A stretch of 64,000 nucleotides of DNA from Pseudomonadota bacterium (GCA_018672825.1 JABHUE010000096.1:28890-92889), one strand, 5' to 3'; numbered from the stretch's first letter, positions 39,672 through 50,748 are shown. The notes: generated by a model not told the origin, from the sequence alone. Program-made: numbers and translations.

Positions 39672-40430
39672 TCAAAATCCTGCTGCATCAACTCGTCCAA
39701 GAGCTTCCTGCGCCGTCAGCTTGATTCGATCGTCAACCTTTTCGCTCAGTAATTCGTTGAACGTCTCTCGTGCGGCCTCGAACTGTCTGAGTTCTACCTG
39801 AGTCAAGCCGAGTTTTAGTTTTGCACTCGGCACCAAGCGGCTGTCGTCAAAATAAAGCAAAAGCGTCTCGAACGCCTCGACAGCTTCGCTGAATGCGCTC
39901 AACAAGTAACGCGCCTCTCCTAGCCAAAACCACGCTTGGTCAGCGATAGCGCTATGGGGATTCGATCGCAAAAGCGCGATCAGCACACGAGTCGCTTGAT
40001 CGTACTGTTGTTCATCAATTTGCTTGATGGCTCGCTGAAGAGATTGTTGCTCTTCGCCGGTAGCCACTGTTTCTGCGCCAGACACTACCGTCTCAATTGT
40101 GACCTCTTCGACCCGGTGTGTACTCCCCTCTCCTGAGCCAACAATTACGCTATCGGGATCAGGGCCTGATAAATTTTGCGTGACTAAGTAGCTGTTTTTT
40201 AGCTTAATTTTTGGCTTTAAATGATCCTCTGACTCTCTTCTAACCAAGCTCTTCGAGAGCCGGGACCATTCAGTGGGATCAATCGTTTTTCCCGTGTTCG
40301 GCCACTGGATCGATGACCATCCTTCGTTCACGCCAAGCGCAAGCCAGCCGAATGTTATCAGCAGACCCAGGCGAGAAAACTTATTGATATTCACGCTATC
40401 AATAAAAACGGCTGTCGGACGCAAGTCCAA
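39672..40430 (-). CDS. cpoB: Tol-Pal protein CpoB/YbgF (TPR domain, divergent N-terminus)
   Basis: C-terminal TPRs (ADQAWFWLGEARY, PSAKLKLG). Directly downstream of pal. Start uncertain. Confidence 0.8.
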   Translation of the reverse strand: MDLRPTAVFIDSVNINKFSRLGLLITFGWLALGVNEGWSSIQWPNTGKTIDPTEWSRLSKSLVRRESEDHLKPKIKLKNSYLVTQNLSGPDPDSVIVGSGEGSTHRVEEVTIETVVSGAETVATGEEQQSLQRAIKQIDEQQYDQATRVLIALLRSNPHSAIADQAWFWLGEARYLLSAFSEAVEAFETLLLYFDDSRLVPSAKLKLGLTQVELRQFEAARETFNELLSEKVDDRIKLTAQEALGRVDAAGF

Positions 40431-40470
40431 CAGCCGTCACGAAACGCACTGAGAATCGAAAATGGGTTAC

Positions 40471-41016
40471 CTAATAAAGAATTTCGACCCGACGATTAAG
40501 GGACCAAGCGCCCTCATCTTGACCCATCGACACCGGGCGTTCTTCGCCATAAGAGATCGTGCGAATCGCATCCGGCGCCACACCAAGTGCCTGAAATATC
40601 TCGCTCACCGAATTTGCACGACGCTCTCCGAGCGCCAAGTTGTACTCACGAGTACCCCGCTCATCTGCGTGCCCTTCAAGTACCACTGCCATTCCTGGAT
40701 TACCTGACAGATACTGCGCATGCGCTTCCACAACCATCTGGGCTTCTGGAGTCAAATTAGCACTATCGAAATCAAAATAGACTACGCGCTGACCGAGTGG
40801 ATCGTCCATATCGCCCTGATCGTCCGATTCAAGGATGATAATTTCTCCTGCCGTCGTGTCCTCAGAGCCAATGCCAGACGAGCTCGACTCGGTTGAACTT
40901 CCGATTGTGGCGTCCTCAACCTCTACGCTGCCGCCTTTCTTTTTGGAAGCCGCACAACCTGAAATAGCAATTCCAAGGAATAGTGCTAAAAATATTGTCC
41001 CGAATCTACGCATCAT
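40471..41016 (-). CDS. pal: Peptidoglycan-associated lipoprotein
   Basis: Lipobox ISGC, VYFDFDS, GHADERGTREYNLALGERRA. Confidence 0.97.
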   Translation of the reverse strand: MMRRFGTIFLALFLGIAISGCAASKKKGGSVEVEDATIGSSTESSSSGIGSEDTTAGEIIILESDDQGDMDDPLGQRVVYFDFDSANLTPEAQMVVEAHAQYLSGNPGMAVVLEGHADERGTREYNLALGERRANSVSEIFQALGVAPDAIRTISYGEERPVSMGQDEGAWSLNRRVEILY

Positions 41017-41052
41017 CGATCTCCTGATTTAAAACGTCTCAAAATTCTTTAC

Positions 41053-42378
41053 CTAGCGGCTTGCTGACCAAGCGGGTTCCCGGACGTCACCCTCATGTAA
41101 CTTGAGGATTTGCCGAACCCGGCCATCAGCCGAAACCGCTGCAAGCACCCCTTCTCGCCCCATTTTTGTTGCGTATAAAATCATCGCACCGTTTGGGGAG
41201 AAGGTCGGCGATTCGTCAAGTGTACCTTTAGTGAGCACATCAGTTCTACCATCTGAGGGATAAAAAACCCCAATTTGATATCCTGCGCCCTTCCCGCGAT
41301 TTGTGACCAAAACCAGTCTCTCCCCGCGGGGATCATAAGAGGCGGCCGCGTTTTCTTTGCCCTCCATGGTCAATCGTCGAATCTGGCCTCCATCAGTGTT
41401 AACCCGATAAATATGAGGCCGACCACTGCGATCTGAGGTGAAAACAAGATGCGATCCGTCTGGCGCCCACGCAGGCTCGGTGTCAATTGCAAGACTTTTG
41501 GTGATCCTTCGGATCTCAAGGCTTGCCACTTGCAAAATATAGATATCAGTGTTGCCAGCTGATGAGACCGTTAGCGCTAAGGCTCGTCCGTCAGGGGACC
41601 ACGCAGGGGCGCTTGCATTACCATCGAAACGGGCTACCGGGCGCCGATTGCCTGATTCAATATTCTGAATCCACACATTCGCCCCGGAACGCCCATCAGC
41701 AAATGATACATAGGCAAGATCTCGCCCATTCGGCGACCAGGAGGGTGACAGCACCGGCAAATTTGTAGTCTGGAGGATCTGTTGGGGATTATGGCCGTCT
41801 GAATCCGCCACCATCAGCTCATAGAGACGATCACCATTCTCCTTCTGCTTCATCGTCACATAAGCAATCCGAGTGTTGAAAGCGCCTTCTATACCCGTCA
41901 TCTCATCGAATATTCGATCACTGATTTGATGAGCAACCTGTCGAAGCTGGCCCTCGGAAACCGTAAACTTGAGTCCAATCTTTATTTTTTCACGATAAAC
42001 ATCCAGCAACTGAAAGTTCACGTCAAACTCATCTTCGCCAGACCTTGTGATCGCCCCGACCACTATTGTCTCTGCTTTGATCAGCCGCCAGTCCTTATAA
42101 CGAACCTCTGATTCCTGGCTGGGTCGACTCAGAAAATCAGACGGCGGTTTCAAATCAAACCGGCCGGACCGATAAAGATCAGCTGCCACAATTGCGCCAA
42201 TATCTTCAGGCGAGCTCCCCTCCCCACTCCACTTGAACGGAACAACGGCAATAGGGATCCCAGAACCCGCGCCACCCGTAATCTCAATGGTCAGCTTAGC
42301 GAGCCCTGCAGAGGGCGCCGATAAGGCGAGGAGTAAAACCGTAGCCCTTAAAACTTTATCAATCCTGTCAAATTTCAT
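41053..42378 (-). CDS. tolB: Tol-Pal beta-propeller protein
   Basis: IPIAVVPF, FNTRIAYV, repeated SPSW/APAW PD40 motifs. Confidence 0.96.
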   Translation of the reverse strand: MKFDRIDKVLRATVLLLALSAPSAGLAKLTIEITGGAGSGIPIAVVPFKWSGEGSSPEDIGAIVAADLYRSGRFDLKPPSDFLSRPSQESEVRYKDWRLIKAETIVVGAITRSGEDEFDVNFQLLDVYREKIKIGLKFTVSEGQLRQVAHQISDRIFDEMTGIEGAFNTRIAYVTMKQKENGDRLYELMVADSDGHNPQQILQTTNLPVLSPSWSPNGRDLAYVSFADGRSGANVWIQNIESGNRRPVARFDGNASAPAWSPDGRALALTVSSAGNTDIYILQVASLEIRRITKSLAIDTEPAWAPDGSHLVFTSDRSGRPHIYRVNTDGGQIRRLTMEGKENAAASYDPRGERLVLVTNRGKGAGYQIGVFYPSDGRTDVLTKGTLDESPTFSPNGAMILYATKMGREGVLAAVSADGRVRQILKLHEGDVREPAWSASR

Positions 42379-42467
42379 CTCAAATCTCGTTTCTAAACAT
42401 AGCCGAAGTATTTTTTTTCTTTTAACACACGGCTCTTTTTTGTCCGCTCAGTTTAGCTCGTTCGGTT

Positions 42468-43292
42468 TTAAGGAGAGAATTTAAAATCAAATTCTTTCAA
42501 ATATTCATAAAAACGGGGTTCTCCCGGAATCGGTAGCGGAGACGCTTTGTAAATGGCGTTTTCTGCAGACTCATCAAATCTTGCATTCCCGCTGCTTCGC
42601 ACCATGGTCACAGAGGTGACATTTCCCTCTCGATCCACGCGAATTGTGAATAAAACACTGAAGCCTTCGAAGTCGCCGGCTGGTGGATTCCAATTGGTTC
42701 GCACTTCTTCTTGAATGGCCCAAGCAACGGCCCCGAATGCCGAAACGGCTTCCTGCTCGTCTCGCTCGCGTTGCACCTGCTCCGCTTCTCGCTTCTTGCG
42801 CTCTGCTTCTTTCTTCTTTTTTACAGCTTCAGCTTTTTTCTTTTTCTCAGCTTCGGCTTTTTTCTTTTTCTCAGCCTCTAATTTCTTCTTTTTCTCAGCT
42901 TCAGCTTTTTTCTTTTTCTCAGCCTCTAGCTTTTTCTTTTTCTCAGCCTCTAATTTCTTCTTTTTCTCAGCTTCGGCTTTTTTCTTTTTCTCGGCCTCTA
43001 GCTTTTTCTTTTTCTCAGCTTCGGCTTTTTTCTTTTTCTCGGCCTCTAATTTCTTCTTTTTCTCAGCTTCGGCTTTTTTCTTTTTCTCGGCCTCTAGCTT
43101 TTTCTTTTTTTCTCGCTGAATAGCCGCTAGATCAATCGCTTTCGCCTGAACCGGTTTCCCTTCAACCGGCATGATAGTCCGAGGCTGGATCCATAAGCTC
43201 ACCCCGAGCATCGCACCAAAGGCAACGTGAATAATGATCGCATAAACAAAGGCCCGCAAAGGATTAGCGCCTTTTCGGGAGTGTCCCTGCAC
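42468..43292 (-). CDS. tolA: Cell envelope integrity protein TolA
   Basis: N-terminal TM with His, K/E/A-rich helical stalk, TonB-like C-terminus (SSGNARFDESAENAI..ASPLP). Confidence 0.92.
   Translation of the reverse strand: MQGHSRKGANPLRAFVYAIIIHVAFGAMLGVSLWIQPRTIMPVEGKPVQAKAIDLAAIQREKKKKLEAEKKKKAEAEKKKKLEAEKKKKAEAEKKKKLEAEKKKKAEAEKKKKLEAEKKKKLEAEKKKKAEAEKKKKLEAEKKKKAEAEKKKKAEAVKKKKEAERKKREAEQVQRERDEQEAVSAFGAVAWAIQEEVRTNWNPPAGDFEGFSVLFTIRVDREGNVTSVTMVRSSGNARFDESAENAIYKASPLPIPGEPRFYEYLKEFDFKFSP
42810..43109 (-). repeat. Coding tandem repeat, 12 x 24 nt ([L/A]EAEKKKK)
   Basis: Twelve octapeptide units counted in the TolA translation. Boundaries are approximate. Confidence 0.92.
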
Positions 43293-43298
43293 GTTTAA

Positions 43299-43715
43299 TC
43301 AGTCGTCCAGGGAGTTAGTAACAAGACCCACGCCCGGGACTCCCGCCTGCTGCAGTAGAACCATTGCCTGCACCACCGCATCATACCGAACGCTTTTATC
43401 AGCACGCACGAGAAATTCTGTTTCTGGGCTATTCCGCCTGACAATATCTGCTTTTATTCGAATCTCCTGAATCGACTGAATCGGTTCAGGATCATCATTA
43501 ATAAAATATTGCTCATTGCTGTCCACGTGAACCACGAAAGGTTCGGTGCTTTTCTCTGAAACCGCTTTGGCACTTGCTTGAGGAAGTTCGACACTAACCC
43601 CCTCCATCAGCAGCGGCGCGGTCACCATAAAAATAACGAGGAGAACCAGCATCACATCAATGTAAGGCACAACATTGATTTCGCTCATCTGTCTTTTATT
43701 TCGGCGGGGGCGCAT
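43299..43715 (-). CDS. tolR: TolR
   Basis: MSEINVVPYIDVMLVLLVIFMVTAP. Confidence 0.96.
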   Translation of the reverse strand: MRPRRNKRQMSEINVVPYIDVMLVLLVIFMVTAPLLMEGVSVELPQASAKAVSEKSTEPFVVHVDSNEQYFINDDPEPIQSIQEIRIKADIVRRNSPETEFLVRADKSVRYDAVVQAMVLLQQAGVPGVGLVTNSLDD

Positions 43716-43723
43716 TGGATAAA

Positions 43724-44440
43724 CTAGCTGCGCTTGCGACTACCGACAGCCTGTCGGTTTACGATACTCGCGAATTCTTCAACGAAAACATCGTAACGTG
43801 CAATTAATGACTCGGCATCCGCTGAGAACCGGTTGTAACCAATTACAGCCGGAATGGCTGCAAAAAGCCCCATAGCGGTCGCAATCAACGCCTCGGAGAT
43901 CCCCGGAGCCACCGTTGCAATCGACACACTCTGTAATGCGCCGAGGGAGCGAAACGAATTCATAATCCCCCACACCGTACCAAACAGGCCGACGTACGGG
44001 CTTGTCGACCCGACTGTCGCAAGAAACGGAAGTCGTGACTCGATAGACTCAATCTCCCGGCTGAGGGCCACCCGCATGGCGCGCTGGACACCCTCTACCA
44101 GATCAGTTCTTTCAATCGACGCATTACCCGCAAGACGGCTGTACTCCCGATACCCTGCAACAAAAATTCCGGTCATCCCGACGGGTTCAATGCCAGTTTC
44201 TGCGCAGCGTCGATACAATCCATTTAACTCGCCGCCTGACCAAAAATCAGCCTCGAAATCATCCGCCTCTTTGCGTAATTTTTTGAGCGTAGCTGATTTC
44301 GTAAAAATAACCGTCCACGAAATCAAAGACGCAATCACCAGTATCAGCATTACGAGCTGTACCAGTAAACTGGCGTGTATAACCAGATCGAGTATCGATA
44401 GAGACTCGTTGTTTATCGCAATTTGAAGCGAGTCGTTCAT
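43724..44440 (-). CDS. tolQ: TolQ
   Basis: LATVGSTSPYVGLFGTVWGIM, PGISEALIATAMGLFAAIPAV. Confidence 0.97.
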   Translation of the reverse strand: MNDSLQIAINNESLSILDLVIHASLLVQLVMLILVIASLISWTVIFTKSATLKKLRKEADDFEADFWSGGELNGLYRRCAETGIEPVGMTGIFVAGYREYSRLAGNASIERTDLVEGVQRAMRVALSREIESIESRLPFLATVGSTSPYVGLFGTVWGIMNSFRSLGALQSVSIATVAPGISEALIATAMGLFAAIPAVIGYNRFSADAESLIARYDVFVEEFASIVNRQAVGSRKRS

Positions 44441-44453
44441 AGAATCAATTCTC

Positions 44454-44846
44454 TCAGCTAAAAATATCTGGCAGGGCGCAAGGGCGCATTGTATTTAAAT
44501 CGACATGGGCGAGACGGATCTCTCCCTCACATAATATCTCGTCACTTCTCTGGACTTTCTGCATAAGCGATACACTCGCCTTACCTTTCAACTTTAACTC
44601 TACCGATACTGCCAATGCGTCACTCAATCGAGCAGGACGCACAAACGCCAAATTAGCCGATCGAACAACAAATCCACTTCCGTTTTGATCTGCTAGCGTT
44701 TGCAAATCAATTCCAATACTGCGCAGCCATTCCGTTCGGGCGCGCTCCATAAACTTAAGGTAATTCGCATAATAGACAATGCCACCCGCATCAGTATCTT
44801 CATAATAAACGCGAACGGGCCATTCAAAATACGCAAGGAGACTCAT
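44454..44846 (-). CDS. ybgC: Tol-Pal-associated acyl-CoA thioesterase
   Basis: VRVYYEDTDAGGIVYYANYLKFMERARTEWL. Confidence 0.95.
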   Translation of the reverse strand: MSLLAYFEWPVRVYYEDTDAGGIVYYANYLKFMERARTEWLRSIGIDLQTLADQNGSGFVVRSANLAFVRPARLSDALAVSVELKLKGKASVSLMQKVQRSDEILCEGEIRLAHVDLNTMRPCALPDIFS

Positions 44847-44996
44847 TTATCTCTTTTATGCTTGGAATTGATCTGTCTTGAATCAACCCCCTTAATTACG
44901 GCCTGCCCGCCAGTTGTTGAGGCTACGATATCGCAATGACGTTTATTTTTGATGTCAGACAAATGATCAATTCCTGACCTTTTCATGGTATTTCGA

Positions 44997-46052
44997 TTAA
45001 TCACTATCTTCTGAAAAAAGATTCGGTTGCGCTGCGCTCTTCGCCGGCACTTTCAATCCGAAATGCTGGTAGGCCGCTGGCATTGCGGTACGTCCGCGAG
45101 GCGTTCGCATAAGAAAACCGGACTGAATCAAGAAAGGCTCTACCATATCTTCTAAGGTACCGCGTTCTTCTCCAATCGCTGCCGCAAGGCTCTCCACGCC
45201 CACAGGTCCACCGGCGAACTTTTCCATAATCGCGAGCAGCAGACGGCGATCCAATGAATCGAGACCAAAACTATCAACCTCAAGCAGATCGAGTGCCTCG
45301 TTCGCAGTTGATCCAGTCACAACACCATTTGATCGAACCTGCGCAAAGTCTCTCACTCGACGAAGTAATCGATTTGCAATGCGAGGCGTACCTCGACTCC
45401 GCCGAGCAATTGCTTCAATGCCAGAAGGCTGATTTTCAAGATTTAAAATTCGGGCTGAACGTTCCACGATGCGAGCTAATTCTTCGCTTTGATAAAACTC
45501 AAGACGCTGAACGATTCCAAAGCGATCCCGAAGGGGTGAGGTCAGCAACCCTGCTCGCGTCGTCGCGCCAACAAGGGTAAAAGGAGGTAAGTTAAGTTTG
45601 ATTGATCGTGCCGCGGGTCCATCTCCAATCATGATGTCGAGCTCATAATCTTCAAGTGCAGGGTACAGGATCTCCTCTATTGCAGGGCTCAGACGATGTA
45701 TCTCATCCACAAATAAGACGTCATTTGGCTCTAGATTAGTCAGGATAGCGGCAAGATCTCCAGCCTTTTCGAGAACAGGGCCTGAAGTTTGCCGCAAATT
45801 AGCCCCCATCTCGTTCGCCAGAATATGGGCGAGAGTCGTCTTTCCTAAACCCGGTGGACCAAACACCAGCACATGATCGAGCGCCTCTGATCGCCCCTTG
45901 GCTGCCTCAATAAAAATGCTTAACTGCTCACGAACTTTTGCTTGACCGATGAAATCAGACAAGCTGATGGGTCGCAGGCTTCTATCGATCGCTTTTTCTT
46001 GACCAGAGTCAAGATCATCGGAGCCGTCAATGAGTCGATCCTGATCAATCAT
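44997..46052 (-). CDS. ruvB: Holliday junction branch migration helicase
   Basis: [29 protein letters not shown]. Confidence 0.98.
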   Translation of the reverse strand: MIDQDRLIDGSDDLDSGQEKAIDRSLRPISLSDFIGQAKVREQLSIFIEAAKGRSEALDHVLVFGPPGLGKTTLAHILANEMGANLRQTSGPVLEKAGDLAAILTNLEPNDVLFVDEIHRLSPAIEEILYPALEDYELDIMIGDGPAARSIKLNLPPFTLVGATTRAGLLTSPLRDRFGIVQRLEFYQSEELARIVERSARILNLENQPSGIEAIARRSRGTPRIANRLLRRVRDFAQVRSNGVVTGSTANEALDLLEVDSFGLDSLDRRLLLAIMEKFAGGPVGVESLAAAIGEERGTLEDMVEPFLIQSGFLMRTPRGRTAMPAAYQHFGLKVPAKSAAQPNLFSEDSD

Positions 46053-46642
46053 TTCGTATCCTTTGCTAATTGCCGTAGCGCTTCTCTTATCAGTTCTTCA
46101 ACCGAATGATGATCATCGGTATCTGCTGCCCGTACCGCCTTCGCTGCTTCACTTTCTTTATAGCCTAGCGTTACCAGCGCACTTGTCGCATCTCTCATTG
46201 GACTTTTGGTTTCTGCGATTAGGCCATCAGCCCCCGCGACAGGTTTTAATCGATCGCGCAATTCAATTAAAAGTCGTTCGGCGGTCTTGCGGCCAATACC
46301 GGGTACCCGAGTTAACTGAGCGACATCTCCAACACTGACACATGCTGTCAACTCATCTACGGTTAATCCCGATAACAATGCGAGTCCCACTCGGGGACCG
46401 ATACCGCTAACCCTCAGGAGCACTCTAAAGAGATCTCGCTGGGACTTGTCTGAAAAGCCAAATAAAAGATGAGCATCGTCTCGAATCACAAGATGCGTAA
46501 ATAGCGAAACAGGTTCGCCGAGACTGGGTAACGCATAAAATGCGGTCATGGGTGCTTCAAGTTCGTAAGCCAGGCCGCCCACGTCCACCATAATCTGGGG
46601 GGGCTGCTTGAAAATTAGCTTACCGCTAATTTGACCGATCAT
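46049..46642 (-). CDS. ruvA: Holliday junction branch migration protein
   Basis: [26 protein letters not shown]. Confidence 0.97.
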   Translation of the reverse strand: MIGQISGKLIFKQPPQIMVDVGGLAYELEAPMTAFYALPSLGEPVSLFTHLVIRDDAHLLFGFSDKSQRDLFRVLLRVSGIGPRVGLALLSGLTVDELTACVSVGDVAQLTRVPGIGRKTAERLLIELRDRLKPVAGADGLIAETKSPMRDATSALVTLGYKESEAAKAVRAADTDDHHSVEELIREALRQLAKDTK

Positions 46643-47184
46643 CGTCCGCCTACCCTGCGTCGAGTCTGCAGTTTGGATTCAGTATCTGTCCCGGCAATCA
46701 CGTGCCCCTGTGAATTGTGAATGTGGCAGATCGCGCAAGCCAGCGCGTCCGCCGCATCCTGGGGCGGTTTTCGATCCATGCCCAACAGCACTCTGATCAT
46801 ATGTTGGACCTGCTCTTTTGTGGCCCTGCCAGTTCCAGTGACAGCACGCTTAATTTCTAAGGCACTGTACTCGCTCAAATCGAGCTCGCTTTGAGCGAGC
46901 GCCAATAGCGCGCTGCCCCGAGCCTGCCCCAACACAAGCGCAGACTGTGGATTTTTAGCCATAAACACTTTCTCAACTGCACCCGCTTCAGGTTGATAGG
47001 CTTCAATCACCTCTCGAATGCGCTTGTGAATCATCACTAGGCGTGAGGCAAGTGATCCTGTGCCCACACGCACACATTCCGAGTGAAGATGCTTTAATGA
47101 AGCCCCTTCAGCCTCAACAACACCGATTCCCGTCACCCGCGAACCCGGGTCAATGCCAATCGCTCTTAATTTTTTGACCGGCAT
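46639..47184 (-). CDS. ruvC: Crossover junction endodeoxyribonuclease
   Basis: GIDPGSRVTG, AVEKVF, LGQARG, DAADALA. Confidence 0.97.
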   Translation of the reverse strand: MPVKKLRAIGIDPGSRVTGIGVVEAEGASLKHLHSECVRVGTGSLASRLVMIHKRIREVIEAYQPEAGAVEKVFMAKNPQSALVLGQARGSALLALAQSELDLSEYSALEIKRAVTGTGRATKEQVQHMIRVLLGMDRKPPQDAADALACAICHIHNSQGHVIAGTDTESKLQTRRRVGGR

Positions 47185-47199
47185 CCTGATCTCGAATTC

Positions 47200-47943
47200 C
47201 TAACCGGCTGCTGCCGAACCTTCTTGGAAGCTCGCGTTTGTCGCGACTTCTTGCACATCATCTAACTCTTCCAATGCATCGATCAGATTCATCACCTTTT
47301 CAGCATCTGCCTCTGATACCGGCGCTTCATTGGACGGACGCTGGACGAGTTCTGCAACCTCAGCCTTTAATCCCGCATCGTTTAATGCCGCACTCACTGC
47401 TGCGAAAGCTTCTGGCACCGTGAGCACTTCGATAGTGCCATCATCAGCCGTTTCAACATCATCCGCACCCGCACCGACAGCAGCTTCCATAACGCTTTCT
47501 TCGTTCACCGCTGAATCAAAAACAAATAGTCCTACTTTATTGAAAAGATACGCAACCGAACCGTCAGTGCCCAGGTTACCACCATGCTTACTGAAGATAT
47601 GTCGTACCTCCGAAACCGTCCGATTTCGATTATCCGTCATACAGTCAACAAGCACCGCGACGCCGCCCGGTGCATAACCTTCATAACGAATTTCTTCATA
47701 AGAAACTCCTTCAAGCTCGCCGGTTCCTCGCTTAACCGCCCGGTCAATCGTATCGCGAGTCATATTGGCCCCAAGCGCCTTATCAATTGCAGTACGTAGC
47801 CTCGGGTTTGACGCAATATCGCCACCGCCGGCCCTTGCAGAAACCGTGATCTCCCGAATTAGTTTCGTAAACAGCTTGCCTCGCTTGGAATCCTGGGCTG
47901 CCTTACGAAACTTGATATTGGCCCATTTGCTATGTCCCGCCAT
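47200..47943 (-). CDS. yebC: YebC/PmpR family protein
   Basis: [23 protein letters not shown]. Confidence 0.96.
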   Translation of the reverse strand: MAGHSKWANIKFRKAAQDSKRGKLFTKLIREITVSARAGGGDIASNPRLRTAIDKALGANMTRDTIDRAVKRGTGELEGVSYEEIRYEGYAPGGVAVLVDCMTDNRNRTVSEVRHIFSKHGGNLGTDGSVAYLFNKVGLFVFDSAVNEESVMEAAVGAGADDVETADDGTIEVLTVPEAFAAVSAALNDAGLKAEVAELVQRPSNEAPVSEADAEKVMNLIDALEELDDVQEVATNASFQEGSAAAG

Positions 47944-47999
47944 GTCGTCCTCTTTCGCGATACTCTAGTAAGGTGAATGATATTCGCCGAAGAATTAGC

Positions 48000-48464
48000 C
48001 TAGGCCAATTCTTCGGCAAGTTGTTTGAGGGCAAGCCGATTAGTCCATGACCAAATAGATTGCGCCGCTAACTCTATTTTCACCCATCTGCTCTGAAGAT
48101 GCTCAAATGGATTAATTTGAACTCTACAACGATCTGAGAGTTCAACAGAAAATACATGTTCTTCGTTTTCGACAACGCCCGGCCCGTAACGATACCGGTA
48201 TTCAGGAAGAATCTGAAAACGTCGGCTGATGCCCCATCTCCGCCAACCCGTCTCAGACGCGATCCCTGTTTCTTCAAAAAGTTCTCGACGTGCCGCCTCG
48301 TCAGGCGTTTCTTCGCCCCAATTGAGGCTGCCGGTGACGGACTGCCAAAACGAATTACCGACCCGTTGCAGAATTAAGGTTTCCCTGTCCAGCGTATATA
48401 CGACCACTAAGACCGACTCTGGACGCTTGTAGTCCGGAGCAGGAAACGATGCCTGACCAATCAC
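48000..48464 (-). CDS. nudB: Dihydroneopterin triphosphate diphosphatase
   Basis: [26 protein letters not shown]. aspS-nudB-yebC synteny. Confidence 0.92.
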   Translation of the reverse strand: MIGQASFPAPDYKRPESVLVVVYTLDRETLILQRVGNSFWQSVTGSLNWGEETPDEAARRELFEETGIASETGWRRWGISRRFQILPEYRYRYGPGVVENEEHVFSVELSDRCRVQINPFEHLQSRWVKIELAAQSIWSWTNRLALKQLAEELA

Positions 48465-50266
48465 TCGTTGGGTTTTTGATCCTGATTTTTAGGTTTATTT
48501 ATTCGCAACCCGAGCTCGCGTAACTGACCCAGGTCAACATTGCCTGGCGCTTCGGTAAGCAGGCAGGACGCTTTTTGTGTCTTGGGAAAGGCAATAACGT
48601 CTCTGATGGAATCTTCTCCCGCAACCATTGATATGATCCGATCAATGCCGAATGCAATTCCGCCATGCGGAGGCGCACCATATTGCAACGCGTCCAATAA
48701 AAAGCCAAAGCGAGACTGCGCTTCAGCCTCGTCGAAACCGAGAGCGGTAAATACTTTTTGCTGCACCTCGCTCTGATGGATACGAATGGACCCGCCCCCA
48801 ATCTCAGTGCCGTTAAGCACCATATCGTATGCCCGAGATCTCACCCCACCAGGATCGGATGCCATAGATGGCAAATCATCTGGATGCGGTGCGGTGAATG
48901 GATGGTGCAAAGAGACCCATCGACCGGCCTCCGCGTCTTCCTCTAGTAGCGGGAACTCAACTACCCAGAGTGGCCGCCATCCCGGCTCGACGAGATCGAG
49001 ATCATGGCCCAAGCGCACTCGCAGTGCACCCAGCGCATCATTAACAACCTTCTCTCGATCAGCGCCAAAAAATAAAATATCGCCGTCTTCTGCGCCGCAT
49101 CGATCGAGTACGTCTCGAACAACCGCTTCCGGAATAAATTTCAAAATGGGTGACTGAAGGCCTTCTGTCACACTGGATGCCTGATTGACTTTGATATACG
49201 CCAGGCCACCTGCCCCGTACTGTCTTACCAAATCAGTGTAACCGTCTATCTGCTGCCGGCTTAAGGCCGACCCCCCCGGCACCCTTAACACAGCAACCCG
49301 GCTCCCGGGAGTCGTCGCTGGCCCGGCGAATACCTTAAATTCCACCGCGCCCATGAGGTCTGCAATATCGACCAGCTCAAGCGGTATCCGCAGATCGGGC
49401 CGATCAGTCCCAAAACGTCTCATCGCTTCTGGATAGCTTAACCTCGGCAAAGTTTCAGGTAGATCAATAGACAACACCTCAGCGAACACGAGCCGGATCA
49501 TTTTCTCCATGAGGCCGATAATATCGTCCTCATCAATAAACGACATCTCGATATCAAGTTGCGTAAATTCCGGCTGTCGATCAGCCCTTAGATCTTCATC
49601 CCTGAAGCATCGGGCGACCTGATAGTACCGCTCGAAGCCGGAGACCATTAACAATTGTTTAAATAATTGGGGCGACTGAGGCAGGGCAAAAAATTGTCCA
49701 GGTTGCACTCGGCTCGGTACCAAATAATCTCGAGCACCCTCAGGTGTTGATCGCGTCAACACGGGTGTTTCGATCTCGACAAAGTCCCTCTCATCCAAAT
49801 AGTGTCGCAATGCTCGAATGACTCGATGACGCAATCGCAAGTTCTGCTGCATACGTTCACTTCGAAGATCGAGATATCGATATCGAAGTCGAACGGCTTC
49901 AGTGGTATCTGTATCGTCAATTTGAAACGGCAGTGGTTCTGCGCTGTTCAAAATCCCGAGCTCCAGGCCTAATACCTCAATCTCACCCGTCGGCAGATCT
50001 TCGTTGCGGGTGCCTTCTGGCCTCAGACGAACTCGACCGGTTACTTGAATGACGTACTCGTTTCGAACCGATTCAGCAACTGCAAACTGTGCCTGTCGAT
50101 CCGGATCAAAAACCACCTGCACTAAACCGCTGCGATCTCGAAGGTCAATAAAAATAACGCCCCCGTGATCTCGTCGACGCTGCACCCAGCCACACAGTCG
50201 AACTTCCCGGTCGACTGTTGTTGCGTTTAAATCACCACAAAGACAGTTTCGCTGTTCACTCTTCAC
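48461..50266 (-). CDS. aspS: Aspartate-tRNA ligase, probably non-discriminating (Asp/Asn)
   Basis: [48 protein letters not shown]. Confidence 0.98.
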   Translation of the reverse strand: MKSEQRNCLCGDLNATTVDREVRLCGWVQRRRDHGGVIFIDLRDRSGLVQVVFDPDRQAQFAVAESVRNEYVIQVTGRVRLRPEGTRNEDLPTGEIEVLGLELGILNSAEPLPFQIDDTDTTEAVRLRYRYLDLRSERMQQNLRLRHRVIRALRHYLDERDFVEIETPVLTRSTPEGARDYLVPSRVQPGQFFALPQSPQLFKQLLMVSGFERYYQVARCFRDEDLRADRQPEFTQLDIEMSFIDEDDIIGLMEKMIRLVFAEVLSIDLPETLPRLSYPEAMRRFGTDRPDLRIPLELVDIADLMGAVEFKVFAGPATTPGSRVAVLRVPGGSALSRQQIDGYTDLVRQYGAGGLAYIKVNQASSVTEGLQSPILKFIPEAVVRDVLDRCGAEDGDILFFGADREKVVNDALGALRVRLGHDLDLVEPGWRPLWVVEFPLLEEDAEAGRWVSLHHPFTAPHPDDLPSMASDPGGVRSRAYDMVLNGTEIGGGSIRIHQSEVQQKVFTALGFDEAEAQSRFGFLLDALQYGAPPHGGIAFGIDRIISMVAGEDSIRDVIAFPKTQKASCLLTEAPGNVDLGQLRELGLRINKPKNQDQKPNE

Positions 50267-50308
50267 GCTAGGATCTCTTTAAGTTGTTTCTAAAAATACC
50301 GGCCAAAT

Positions 50309-50665
50309 CTAGGCCGACTTTGAAGCTGAAGAAGATGGCTTACTGCTGTCTTTTTTATCCGAAGATGATTTCGAAGATTCCTTGCTACTTTTAGTGCTCG
50401 CCCCTTCAGAATCACTGCTCGCCTTGCTCGAGGATTCTGAGTCTGAGGTGGAGCCTTTAGCGCTCGGTGATTTATCTTTCTTGGAATCTTTAAAGTCTGT
50501 TTCGTACCAGCCCGTTCCTTTAAGGCGAAAAGCTGCGGCGGATACCTGTTTCTTGAGTGCAGCTTCACTACACTCGGGACAGAAAACCAATGGCTCATCC
50601 GAGAGCTTTTGTAATGCTTCAAGATGATGGCCACACTGACTGCAGAGATACTCGTAAATCGGCAT
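50309..50665 (-). CDS. FmdB family zinc-ribbon protein with a low-complexity Ser/Lys tail
   Basis: MPIYEYLCSQCG..CPEC..FRLKGTGWYETDF. Upstream of aspS. Confidence 0.9.
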   Translation of the reverse strand: MPIYEYLCSQCGHHLEALQKLSDEPLVFCPECSEAALKKQVSAAAFRLKGTGWYETDFKDSKKDKSPSAKGSTSDSESSSKASSDSEGASTKSSKESSKSSSDKKDSSKPSSSASKSA

Positions 50666-50748
50666 CGATATTTTCCGTGGTTACTAAATTTCAAAAATGC
50701 GCACAACCGTACAGCGGGGCCATATTATACCTTGAGCCTAGGACAGAC

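Noticed and set aside
42810-43109. Regular repeats as a possible CRISPR array
   Set aside because: The units are contiguous, in-frame 24-mers with no unique spacers, and there are no cas genes.
42683-43123. Plus-strand ORFs with FFFFSAS / FSFSQL repeats (146 and 134 aa)
   Set aside because: They are antisense shadows of the tolA Lys-rich repeat, with no independent coding evidence.
44948-44961. TTGATgtcaGACAA as an FNR box upstream of ybgC
   Set aside because: The second half-site matches only 3 of 5 bases and the context gives no support.
50382-50627. Plus-strand ORF over the Ser/Lys-rich region
   Set aside because: It is a shadow of the low-complexity tail of the FmdB-family gene.
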